DNA of 64,000 bases, from NCBI RefSeq assembly GCF_021028975.2, contig NC_059425.1:170996001-171060000 (forward strand), written 5' to 3'. The translations under genes were made by a program, and so were the position numbers. Numbering within the stretch: the stretch's first letter is position 1; each line of letters begins with the position of its first letter. Shown here one piece after another: positions 24,684 through 36,742 of the stretch. The notes beneath the pieces were generated by a model. The model saw nothing but the letters and a program-made list of their open reading frames with translations. It was not told where the DNA came from and did not search any database. This DNA is from Sphaerodactylus townsendi. Lineage: Eukaryota.

Positions 24684-25597
24684 CCGTCAGTGCTTTCTGT
24701 CCTCTCCCTGCGAATGCCATTATAATGGTCTTGGGCAGTCTGAACAAAAGAATGTAAAAAGATGGACCTTTTTTTCTCAAAGACAAAGAGGATTGTGAAT
24801 GATCAATCACAGTCATGACTTCCTGCCTTGTTTGTGTCTTTGGGAGTAAATTCACATGGTGGTGGAGTTACTGGACATACCTAAGCCCAGTGTTGTTTTT
24901 ATTTGTGGAGGAAGGAAATGATGTGATTCAGGAAAGGAGGGGAATTGTCACCAAGGTCTACTGCAGGAGCAGGAAAGAGGGCAATGCACATTATTTCCTT
25001 ACTGGGTTTTTTCCTCTATTTCTGTGGATTCTGTATCTCCAAAACGGTGATGTATTCCAGACAGAGGTCCCTTGCACCAATGTAACACAAAATTACAGAG
25101 TGGTTATTTTTCCCCACTTAGTACAAAATTACTTCCCATGTGAAGTACAAACTTCGAAGGACAAATGTCCTTTAGAAGGATTAAATCTGTGTTTATGAAA
25201 AATGCAGAGATTGTGTGTTGCTTTGTATGGAAAAAAAAAGGATCGTTGTGAATGCTTGTGAATTTCCTTCCTTCTATTATTTGATTCTCAGCTATTGTTG
25301 CTATTTTTGTCCATTCCTTTGCATAGCTGTGAAAGAGGGCAGTTTGCCATCTCCCTTTTAAAGCAGTACAAGTGGATTGTTTTTCTCTCTTTTATTAAAA
25401 CAGTCATTGATTTGAGAACCCACCATTGTGGCGGAGAGGCTTCTTTTATGTGTGTGTGTAAGTTATTGCTATGTTTGTTTCTGCTTCTGAACATGAAACA
25501 AATGCTAATTTTTTTCTTGTGATGAGTTTTTTTTAATAATATAAGAAGCCTCCTTGGTGGCCTTGATTGGGCAAAAAAGCATCAAACAAATTTGGTG

Positions 25598-25612
25598 AAT
25601 AAAAGAAATAAA
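25598..25612 (+). terminator. Candidate VPS36 polyadenylation signals (two AATAAA)
   Basis: AATAAA at 25598-25603 and 25607-25612, about 0.9 kb after the stop, with GT/T-rich sequence downstream. Confidence 0.55.
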
Positions 25613-26040
25613 GAAATGTGAATGTGCACCACCAGCAATCCCAGAATGGTGTATTTGCTGTGTTCCTTTAAAATACGGCTTGAACAATTAGTTTGTCTAG
25701 AGATTCATGTATGAAAAATCTTATTTACTTTTATAAATATTGTTAACTGTTGTTCAGCTAAAAGTATAAACTTTTTGACAAAAAAAGGTTATTGATTTTT
25801 AAAAAGTATCTGTTTTAATTAACATTACTACTGTTTAGTAAGAGTTCAGTAGAATGGCTACGCAATAGTCAGGGAACATATGTTTGTATTGAGAGATTCT
25901 ATATTCGGCCGGTTCCGTTAGAATGCCTGGCTGTTAAGGAGAGTTATTTATTTATTTCTTAATAATAGCAATAATATCTAACACACAATCATCACTATAA
26001 AAAAACAATCCCAGCCATTTGTACACATATACATAAATGG

Positions 26041-26222
26041 GGTTTTGTGGGGTTTTTGGGCTGTATGGCCGTGTTCCAGTGGCATTGTCTTTGATCCTCT
26101 GAAGATGCCAGCCACAGATGCAGGCGAAATGTCAGGAGAAAATGCTACTGGAGCACGGCCATACGACTTGGAAACCCAACAACACATTAGTGATTCCGGC
26201 GGTGAAAGCCTTTGACTATACA
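26041..26222 (+). mobile_element. Penelope-like element fragment (inverted pLTR arrangement)
   Basis: Same family as 57789-58045; contains a CTGAAGA...GAAA hammerhead core. Confidence 0.75.
26095..26137 (+). ncRNA. Minimal type I hammerhead ribozyme (Penelope-associated), stem III variant
   Basis: UCCU-CUGAAGA-UGCC..GGC-GAAAU-GUC-AGGA. Confidence 0.6.
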
Positions 26223-27573
26223 TATTCCTCCTTCACCATTCTGACACCCCGGAAGGAATGCCTCATTTGAGATAAAAATTAATTATTATTTTGTTCTTAT
26301 GCTCTTGTTTTTTTATGAGACTTAGTTGACTTGTATATGAATAGCAGCCCCAATTTTCAAATGCAATGTAGAACACTTTTATTTAGATGAAGCTTGCAGT
26401 GATGTCAACATTATTTCCTTATGTGTATATACTCCTCATATGCTGACAGTCTCCTTGCCCTTCCCCCCTCACAACAAACACCCTGTGAGGTGGGTGGGGC
26501 TGAGAGCTCCAAGAAGCTGTGACTAGCCCAAGGCCACCCAGCTGGCGTATGTGGGAGTGCACAGTCTAATCTGAATTCCCCAGATAAGCCTCCACAGCTC
26601 AGGCGGCAGAGCAGGGAATCAAACCCAGTTCCTCCAGATTAGAATGCACCTGCTCTTAACCACTACGCCACTGCTGCCCCCAGTAGTAGACACACAAAAA
26701 TCGTGTTTGTTGCCTGAGATAACTTAAATGTTTTTTTACTCTTCAAATTGAATTCAACAATGTATCCTTGTTTGAAAGCTGTTTGGTCATTATTCCCTCT
26801 GTACCCTGTGTGAACAGTATTTTTTGTTTTTCCATGAGCAAGTGTACAATTCCCCTGTGCAGTCAGGATGCTGATTTTTGTGCCTTTAATGTTTGTGAGG
26901 GTGTCCCTCTTTTGAAAATATGTTAATTAGAACTGGCTGCTGCGGTTGCAGAAGGACACTAAAAACTCTTTTGAGTTTGAGTTCACAAAACTGGTTTCAA
27001 GCATTTTTGTGTGTTTATTTGGGGGAGTACCACAACTTCTGTATAAATGTAATGTGGAAAGATTATAATTGCCTCTTAATTCACATGACTAAAGTGATAT
27101 GCTGGGAATAGGAATGGAACAGAACTTTGCATATTTAGGTAAAGGATATTTCCTGATAGCGACTGATGGTCTAAGGAAGGAAATGTGTGCTGTCTTGTGC
27201 TCAACTCTTGCTTATCCATCCTGGTGGGCAATTTAGAACAGTTGATAAGAGTATAATAGCAAACCTTTGTTAATATTCCCCCCACAATCTATCAAAGTTA
27301 AAAGATGCTTCTCACCATCACTACTGCCTTTACCTGCATGACAGTGAAATGTTAATTTGCCTTTGTGGTAATGAATTAACTAAATTAATTTTTAGATCAT
27401 CTGGACGCTATTTTATATTTTGTATGCTGTGTTTCAAATAGCCTTCATTGTTTTAATGCTTAGAGCCCATATTTATATTGTATTTATGTTTAAATTATGA
27501 GAGTGCTTTAGTTGTTAGGTTATATTATGTTGTTTCTGTTGTATACCGCTCAGAGCCCACCGGGGGTGGGCGG

Positions 27574-27575
<2 letters not shown>

Positions 27576-27621
<46 letters not shown>
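27576..27621. repeat. (AAT)n microsatellite, tail of a LINE 3' end
   Basis: Direct read. Confidence 0.9.
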
Positions 27622-27622
<1 letters not shown>

Positions 27623-28559
27623 GTAGTAGTTAGAATTTAGCTTAGCTTCCATTGCAAATGTGGAAGGGGGTCTGAAGATAACCTGGGCCAGAATATTTAG
27701 ATTCCTCTGGGGTTTTTTTGTTTTTGCCTTGGCAATCCCATCCTGAAGCTGTTGCCAATCTTGTGATTTCTAGTTTTATTTTTTGATGAGATATGCCCGC
27801 TTCAAATGAGCTAGGCAGATGTGTTAGATGTATGGTAACAGCAGATTTGTTTTATCAGCAGCAACAACAAAACCCTTATTAGGCATTGAATAGAGTATTA
27901 AAGAAAAATATAAAAGGTGTTTAAATCAGATACAGGACGAACACGAGATAGAGATTGGTATCACTAAGGTGGTGGGTCACGCATCTTTAGCATTCGCAGT
28001 AAAAAGACTGCAATGCTTTCAATGTCCCCATGATGCCCATAGTCCAGCAATTGTACCCACTTTACATTATAGAGATTCTTTGACTTGGAATCAGACTAAA
28101 AGGCAGGAATGGTAGGTCTTAACATTGAGTATTGGGAGAAATTTGTTTTATCGTGACACCTGATTTGGATCGGGGCCATACGGGACCCCTGGTGACCCTC
28201 AGCCGTCTCACCACGGAGCACCAAAAAACTAACGCTATTTGCGTGTACATGTGTGCCAACCAGTCACGGCTGACTTATGGCAACTCCATAGGGTTTCCAA
28301 GGCAAGAGATGTCCAGAGGTGCTTTGCCATTGCCTGTCTGTATTTGGGCTGAGATAATTCGTAGAGAACGGCGACTGGCTCAAAGTCAGGCAGTAGGCTT
28401 CGCGTGGAGGAGTGGGGAATCGAACCTTTCACTTTTAAACCACTCCACCATGCTGGCTGGCTGCCAAATCGGGCGACTGTGAGCTAGAGGCATGCATGCA
28501 TTTTTGGAAGTGTGGATACACTTCTTGGAGCATAACGTGTGGCTGTTCGGGTAAGTCTG

Positions 28560-29113
28560 TGAGTGGCACTTGAGTCCCTGTCCGGTGGAGCGGCTGGCTG
28601 GCGCTTTCCCCGCTGCGCCCCGCCATCCCTCGGCCTGATCCGGACTCTTTCCGGGCACCTGCTAAGGAGGGGAAGGAGAAGAAGGGCCCGCCTGTTTCCC
28701 GGGGCTGGCAGCCGACAGGATGCGCCCCCTGCCTCCCTTCCTTCCCTTCCCTTCCCAAGCCCAGGGCGGGTCGGCCGGCTCCGTCTTTGCGCCCCGCCTG
28801 GCTTGGGAGGCGCAGCTCTGCACGGCTCGGAGGCTGGCGGCGGCTCCAGCCATGTGCCTGCCGGCCAGAGTTGCCGGGCGAGGGCGGCTGCTTTCCAGCG
28901 GGGCTTTAGCGACGGGAGCCCGGGGACCGCGTGGGACGCCCCGCGGGCGGAGGTGACACCTCGGAAGCCTTCGCGGGGGACCCCCCGAGGCTTCACGCTG
29001 CCCCAGTCGCGCCTGGTGTGAAGAGCGCCTCGTTGGCATCTGCGGTGCTTCCTGGCTGGCCAGACTTAGTGGGGCGATTAGCAGTGCAGGGAGAATTGGC
29101 AACCTGGCAACAG
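28560..29113 (+). promoter_or_regulatory. THSD1: THSD1 CpG-island promoter and non-coding exon 1
   Basis: Strong CpG island ending in donor CAG|gtaagc at 29113, upstream of the first coding exon. Confidence 0.7.
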
Positions 29114-29245
29114 GTAAGCAGCACCTCCTGCCCTTAGGAAGGACTGGAGCAAAGACGGAAGGGGGGGGGGAGAGGAGCATAATGTATTCTTGGGGTGTGT
29201 GTGTGTAGAGAGAGAGAGAGAGACAAGTTCTAATTTCATTTAAAT

Positions 29246-29380
29246 CACAGATGTCAAACTCGCGGCCCTCCAGATGTTATGGACTACAGTTCCCATCATC
29301 CCTTGCCAGCATCTTGCTGGCAGGGGATGGTGGGAACTGTAGTCCATAACATCTGGAGGGCTGCGAGTTTGACACCTGTG
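29246..29380. mobile_element. Palindromic hAT MITE
   Basis: TSD atttaaat/atttaaac. Confidence 0.85.
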
Positions 29381-30379
29381 ATTTAAACAGATAACATTCA
29401 GATTTCATACCTACTATATAATGGTGCTCTCAGCAGCTCAGAGCAACCAGATTCCCCAAAGAGTGGAGACGAAGGAAACAAAAAAGTGTTGACTATACAT
29501 ATTATCGGAGTAGAAGAGGCTGATTCTCAGTTGCTTTTTATAAAAGAGTTTACTATGTATAAAGGGAGGGTTCCATGAAGATAAAATAAGAAATCTTTTC
29601 TTTCCCATTACACATCTACATTACTGTACGTTTGGTTACATCTTGCTACCTATGTGCTGTCTCGGGCTCGTGGTGGTGATGTTTGTCTGCTCAAACAAAG
29701 AAACAGAGTTAACTTTATAACTTCAGATGTAAGTGCTCACTAACATCTAAGCAATGGCTATCTGACTGACCAATAGCTAATCAATAGATCAGGTCATAAA
29801 TAGTGACTTCAGCAACTTGTTTACATACAAACGCTTAACCCTTTTATAACTGAGTTGTGACAGACACTTGCAAAATCCCAACAATTTTTCATTAGATGTC
29901 TTTGATTAGGATATTCATTTTAAAAACAGGCTCTTTGATGATGCTCTTTGAAAGGCACCTGACATTTGATGTTCCTGGAACAAGGAAGCAAGCCCAAGCA
30001 GGTTTTCTGGGAGCTAGTTAAGCAGAAGAATTTGTATTTATATCCCACCTTTCTCTTCTGTAAGGAGACTCGAACAGGCTTACAAACTCCTTTTCTCTTT
30101 CTCTCCCCACAAAAGCGGACACCTTGTGAAAAAAGTGGGGTTGAGAGAGTTCTGAGAGAACTGAGATTAGCCCAAGGCCACCAATCAGGCTTCCTATTGA
30201 GGAGCAGGGAAACAAATCCAGTTCACCAGATTAGAGTCTGCCACTCATGCGGAGGAACGGGGAATCAAAGCTGCAAATCCAGATTAGAGTTCAGTGCTCT
30301 TAACTGCTGCACCACACTGGCATTAGATGACCCAGGTTCACCTAATCTGGTCAAATCTCAGATGCTAAACAGGGTCAGC

Positions 30380-30822
30380 CGGGGCGTACCTCCCAGAGGG
30401 ACGGGGGGTATCCTCTGTCCCCGGGCACTGCCCATCAGGTCATATGGGAGGGTGCACAAAATCACCCCCCCACACACACACCTTGAAGCCTGCCATGGAT
30501 CCGTCAGGCACCTCTCGACACAAGTGGCACTTTGGTGGGCATGCGACAGGCTGCCTGCCCGGTGCCAGCTTCTGCTGGTCTCCCCACCTCTATCGGAGCC
30601 TGGCCTCCAACAGAGGTGAAGGGAGTCCCGGCAGACTGCCACAGGCCCGCTGGGTGCCCCTTGAGTCTGCCAGCCTTCCCACCTCTGTCGCAGGCTGGCC
30701 TGTCAGCAGGAGCCGACATCAGGCGCCCACTGAGCTGCTCGCCGCCTGCTGAGTGCCCCCCACCTCCCTGCAGGCTTCCAAAGGTAAGTGAGCTGAGCAC
30801 CATTTCCCCCGATACGCCTCTG
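30380..30822. mobile_element. hAT element inserted into a 5S-derived SINE
   Basis: 8-bp TSD gggtcagc; removing it restores 5S-like ...gctaaacagggtcagccctggttagtgct. Confidence 0.85.
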
Positions 30823-31777
30823 GGGTCAGCCCTGGTTAGTGCTGGGATAGGAGACGTTCAAGCAATACCAGAGTTGTTACGCAGAGGCGGGCAATGGCAA
30901 ACCACCACTGATTTCTCACATTATCTTTGCAGATACAAGAGCTGGAAACAGTTTCTTCGTCTGTTTTTCAATGAAACCTTGAGATTCACAGAATATTACA
31001 TTCTGTTGCGGTGACCAGCTTCTAAGACTGAGGTCTGGGCCGGACATGCTGGTAAGGTCCTGTGGAGGTTGAGAGAGTTCTGAGAGAACTGAGATTAGCC
31101 CAAGGCCACCAAGCAGGCTTCCTATTGAGGAGCAGGCAAACAAATCCAGTTCATCAGATTAGAGACTGCCACTCATGTGGCACACTAGATTAGAGACTGC
31201 CACTCACACCAGATTAGAGACTGCCACTCACACTAGTATCTTGCCCTTTTTCCAAGGAGCTCAAAGTAGCACACACAGTTGACTCGTTTTATCCTCACAA
31301 CAACCCTGTAAGATTGATTAGGGCTAAGCAAGAGTCATTGGCCCAAGGACACATGTCAGATTTAAGATTTGAACTTGAGTTGTGGTTTAACACTAACTAC
31401 TATACCCCTTTTGCTTTCTCAGTATGTATGCTAATGAGGCACCTTGCTTGGGATACATAGTCCATTTTCTTCCTTCCCACATGCTGTCCTAGAGCATTTA
31501 GTAGCTTTCAACCAGACACACTGCAAGGGCATGTCAGAGGGTGCTATCTGCTGGTGGTTTGGTGGTTTGGATTCAACATTTGGAGGTTATCAAGGGCTGC
31601 TCCATAGCCATATGATACTTTGTGTGGCTCTTGATGCTGCTACAAATACTGAGTTCTTTTCATCAGCAGTGGATAATCTAGATAGCAGTTTTCTCTCTGC
31701 TTTCTATGCCTCAGTCCCCTCCCTCCACCTTCAATTAAAAGAGCCCTTCGGGGGTTGGGCGGTATATAAGATAGATG

Positions 31778-31780
31778 AAA

Positions 31781-31838
<58 letters not shown>
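31778..31838. repeat. (AAAT)n microsatellite, L2-like tail
   Basis: Direct read; preceded by gagcccttcgggggttgggcggtata. Confidence 0.9.
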
Positions 31839-31840
<2 letters not shown>

Positions 31841-34256
31841 AAAAGAAATTGGGAATTGCTAGATCACTATATCATTATAACAATCTAATTCCACAGTCCA
31901 CTAGTTCTCCAATTTCATTTTTAAAAGGTAAATCTCTAGCCCTTTTTGTTGCAGAGTTATGAAATGCACGAGTTGCATGTTTACCCTACATAACTGCAAC
32001 AGAAAAGGGGTACAGGCATTTTTGTAAATTGAAAGCTAGAAGCTAGTATATTGTTACAACATATCCTTATAACACTTCCTTCAAACCCCCTATTCTTAGA
32101 TTGTCTTAATAAAACCCTAAAAACCTAAATAAGAACCATATGTAAAAACACCTCCCTTCGACTCGTCCCTGCAGCCTCTAAAAATGAGCAACAAAATTAG
32201 TATGGTGAGTTTCCTCATAATACTTTAGAATCCACCATTTAAAAAACAAAAACCTAATGCCTTCCTATATATTCAGGGAATCGCACACATGTGAGCAAGA
32301 CCTGCAAGAATACGCAGCTTCCCATCCACACAGCATCCAAAGGCACTTTGACTTTGAGCTTTCAAAAAAGATTGTCTCAAACCATCGCTCATTCTGCACA
32401 TGCAGAATAATGCACTTTCAAACTGCTTTCAGTGCTCTTTGAAGCTGTGCGGAATGGCAAAATCCACTTGCAAACAGTTGTGAAAGTGGTTTGAAAACGC
32501 ATTATTTTGCATGTGCGGAAGGGGCCCATGTTTGGAAAAGGTAGCAGCAAAGGATGAACAGGGGGCATCATGTGGAGGCTCCAAAAACCAGCAGTGCCAT
32601 ACAGAAACTAGAACAAACTATATGGTGACACCCATGCCTTGTTTTGAGGGGTAGATTTGTTCTGATTTTTGGAATCAAATAAGTGGTAGCCAGTTCGTCT
32701 CTGTTACCAGTATGATCCTATAGTTTGTCTCAGAAAAAGATATTACTAGAGTTGTATATTCCTCCACCACAGAACTCAGTATGCCGGACCATTTTTTGTT
32801 GTAGAATTCTCTGCCTGGGTCCTAGTGCCTGCCTAGCTCTTTTCTCCACCCACCCACCGGATCCGTTTGAAAGTATAAATACAAACTATAAATGCTCTTG
32901 TATCAAAGCACCATGTTCAATAATGCACAAAATAATGGTTTTGACAAAGGGAGCACATAAAAATGAATGATAATTCTTATACTTGTTCAGGACTATATTC
33001 TAATGTGGAAGCATTCAATTTTCTCAACCGCTGCACCTCAACTGACCATATTAACATCTTTTTCTGAGACAGAGTATCATCAGAGTTACACCCTTTTAAG
33101 TCCATGGAAGTCAGTTGTGCTTAGGCTGGTATAACTCTGCATAAGGTTTCATTGTGAGAGTTCCTTTGCCTGCAAATAAGTTCTCTGGAGATCGTTGCTG
33201 GTTTCTGATTTTTACCTCATACATACAGTTCTGTATTGGAGTCAAAAGTGCCGGTGCTGTTCAGGACTTGGGCTTTAATTGTAACTGCACCCTGAAACAG
33301 TCTTTGGATGACTCCCAGTTTCAAGCCTACACCACCACTTGATGAATCTATGCTTCTGTACTCTTACAGAGCGTTACCTAGTCTTTGTTGAGAGGAGGGA
33401 GGCCGACACGTTCTCAAAAGGATTATCACCATCCACAATAGAAACCTAAATAAGGGCACTGGGACATAAATAGGTCTGCCCCCCTCAACCGACTTCCGCC
33501 TTAGGATAAACACACTGACCATGGCAAACTCCCATACTGCACTGTTGTGAACTTGCGAGCAGATATCCTGGCAAACAGTGTTATGGGTGTGGTTCCTATT
33601 TTTTTTCGGGAGTTTCTATTGCCAGTATCACTTTTATTTTGTGGATCATATTGCAAATCTTGGCAACGCTACTGTTTTCGCCCACAGACGACTCAGAGGT
33701 TTTCAGTAATGTCATCCTCATGTGGACATTACTCTGCTGTAGCAGCAGTAATAGCTGATTTTCCCAGAGACAGGCTCATTCTGGCTTGTTTTTCCTCTTC
33801 CGCGACCCTTGAACTTCCCCTCTGAAACAATAGAAGGGCCTCACTTTCCTAAGCAGAGCCAATGCACAGCTTGCTGGTCTCCGGACATTCAGGCTGTTAA
33901 GCACACACCAGCTATATCCAATTTTCTCCTTACTCTTGGGTTCTTCAGCTTCATGGCAGCAAACTTTTTGGTTTAATATTTTCACACTGAACTAATGTGT
34001 GACGGTGAAATCTTGAAAGAAGCGTTTTCCCACTGGCTCCTTCTGCACATGCAGAATAATGTACTTTCAATCCATTTTCAGTGCACTGCAGCTGAATTTT
34101 ACTGTGTGGAATAGCAAAATCCACTTTCAAACCATTGTGAAAGTGGATTGAAAGTGCATTATTCTGCATGTGCGGAATTGGCCTTAGTGCTCTCAATGTC
34201 CTTCTCTTTCTTTCTTTGCAGTTTCTAAAAATACATCCATCTTTGCCGCTTCTTTA

Positions 34257-34488
34257 CCGTGTTTCCCCGAATATAAGACAGTGTCTTATATTAATTTTTG
34301 CTCCCAAAGATGTGCTATGTCTTATTTTCAGGGGATGTCTTATATTTCTGTATTCTGTTCGTCAGGCATGCTTCCGAACAAAAACTTTGCTACGTCTTAC
34401 TTTTGGGGGATGCCTTATATTTCGCACCTCAGCAAAACCTCTACTACGTCTTATTTTCCGGGGATGTCTTATATTCGGGGAAACAGGG
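34257..34488. mobile_element. Tc1/mariner-pogo type MITE (232 bp)
   Basis: TIR CC.TGTTTCCCCGAATATAAGACA; TA TSD; second copy 63237-63468. Confidence 0.85.
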
Positions 34489-34563
34489 TAGCACTTTTCT
34501 TTCACTTTCACAGATAGTATTCTCTGGAAGAAGTGTTCTTTTCACACACGTACTTCTGTACAA

Positions 34564-34859
34564 AGAAGAAGAAGAAGAGTTTGGATTTATATCCCCCCTT
34601 TCTCTCCTGCAGGAGACTCAAAGGGGCTTACAATCTCCTTGCCCTTCCCCCCTCACAACAAACACCCTGTGAGGTAGGTGGGGCTGAGAGAGCTCCGAGA
34701 AACTGTGACTAGCCCAAGGTCACCCAGCTAGCGTGTGTGGGAGTGTACAGGCTAATCTGAATTCCCCAGATAAGCCTCCACAGCTCAGGCAGCAGAGCTG
34801 GGAATCAAACCCGGTTCCTCCAGATTAGATACACGAGCTCTTAACCTCCTACGCCACTG
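34564..34859 (-). mobile_element. tRNA-derived SINE with (CTT)n tail (squamate Squam3/MIR-like)
   Basis: Similar copies at about 13425-13710, 26450-26679, 30024-30320, 35855-36089, 40821-41120, 53795-54085, 61362-61665. Confidence 0.85.
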
Positions 34860-36684
34860 ATAGGGAAGGCCACCTGGCAGACCTCTTATGGCTTATGAGC
34901 TGTAAGGTTTGCTGTGGCTCCAAGACAGGAAACACTGAAAGCTTAACACACACGCTGCATTACAAACCACAATGTTAAACTGCGGTGAAGTCTACTACCA
35001 GTAGAATTTTCAGGACTAGGTTGTCAGTCTGTTATGAGCTGAACACTGAGCAGATGCCAAGGTCAGAGGGCTGTAATAACAGCCTGTACATAATCTTGCA
35101 CAGGCTTAGTATCAGTTGGATTTGGCTTTTCCCTTTTGCCCCACCCTCTCAGGTTCTTGCACCAGTGTAAGCACTGAGTGAGAGACAGTGTGGTACAGCG
35201 GTTAAAGTGTTTGGTCTAAGGTCTGGGAAACCCAGATTTGAATCTCCACTTTGCCATGGAAACTTGCTGGGTGACCTCAGGCCAGTCACATTCTCTCGCT
35301 CTCAACTCTGACAATTATTTGGGGGTGGGGGGGGTTTGGTAATATAATTTTGTTTATTTTTCTACAGAGAATTACAAAAATGAACAAAGGTTTAGGGGAA
35401 AAGAACAGATACAAACAATCTTAAAAGAAGACCAAACTTAAAAAAGAACCAGCAAATAATAGGAAAAAAAACCCAGGAAAAATGAAACGAAAGAGGAAAG
35501 GGAGTGAAGATTGGGGGGGGGGGGGCTGCTTCTGAAAGCCAAGAACCTAGCACACACCTACTGATCCTGGATGTGTCCAGAATGAGTAGGTCTCGTATTG
35601 ACCCTCAACTAATTCACCTGTCAGACCCAGTCTGCTCATATGCCGGCAGATCGCTTCTTGCAGTAAAGTGTAGCATGGAGCTATTGAGAGCTCAAACCAG
35701 GCAGTTGAAGCACCAACTTCCCTGGAAGTAAACCTTGGCAAGTATTTGGATGGGAGACCTTCAAAGAATAGCAGGGCTGTGACATAAAGCAGGCAATGGC
35801 TAAGTATCTCTGAACTCCTCTTGCCTTGAAAACCCTACCAGGTTTTATTCCCCACTCTGTCGCCTGAGCTGTGGAGGCTTATCTGGGGAATTCAGATTAG
35901 CCTGTGCACTCCCACACACGCCAGCTGGGTGACCTTGGCTAGTCACAGCTTCTCGGAGCTCTCTCAGCCCCACCTACCTCACAGTGTGTTTGTTGTGAGG
36001 GAGCAAGGGGAAGGAGATTGTAAGCCCCTTTGAGTCTCCTGCAGGAGAGAAAGCGGGGATATAAATCCAAACTCTTCTTCTTCTTCTTCTACTTGATTGT
36101 TGTGTTGTAAGAACTAAGCATGTAAATACTAGAAAACTCCCCAGGGAATCACATGATGAGTAGAAAATCCTTCACTTCCTGAAGATGGGCCAACACTGCA
36201 GCATCGTTGAGGCAAAGCAAGTGTGGACTTCATCACAGATATCAACAGGACACCAACAAGGAGTCAGTGTATGAGGAGAATATACACATAAGGAAATAAT
36301 GGGAAGGGAAAGGAGTTTGTAAGCTCCTTTGAGTCAACTTACAGCAGAGAAAGGGGGGTATAAATCCAAACTCTTCTTCTTCTGTGGGGTCGCCATAAGT
36401 CAGCTACGACTTGATGGAAAAAAAATAGAGTAGTATTATTGATTTAACAGGCACAGACTGAGCTGTCTATAGTACCGTTTCCCACACAATCAATCCGCAG
36501 TTGCTTCTTCTGCATGTTTGTCGGAAGCCAGGACTGCTTCTTTGCTAAAGTAGTTGGCGCTTCCTTAAGAGGCTGGAATGTGATTGGTGGATCTTTTTGC
36601 AGTGGCTGAAAGAAGCACAGCGTCGTTTTTGGACCTAGAAGGGGACATGTGGAGGAAAAGGGGCAGGGAGCCCAAGTGATCAGA

Positions 36685-36742
36685 ATGACCCAGGCGTTGA
36701 AAGAGTTTTCCAATCTTCTGCTAGTTGTGCTCTGTGATTATG
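36685..36742 (+). CDS. THSD1: THSD1 exon 2, coding part (exon starts 36603)
   Basis: MTQALKEFSNLLLVVLCDY|gtgagt; acceptor ttttgcag ends 36602. Confidence 0.92.

Noticed and set aside
28484-29180. Overlapping 150-170 aa ORFs on both strands
   Set aside because: GC-rich CpG island lacking stop codons; no recognisable protein; explained by the THSD1 promoter
29966-31014. ORFs of 217 and 160 aa
   Set aside because: Run through SINE, 5S-SINE and hAT sequence
33520-33830. CpG-containing stretch with a 92-aa ORF in THSD1 intron 1
   Set aside because: No recognisable protein, repeat or RNA motif on either strand
34168-34672. Repetitive 'GCLIF' ORFs (also 63145-63580)
   Set aside because: Translation of MITE subterminal repeats
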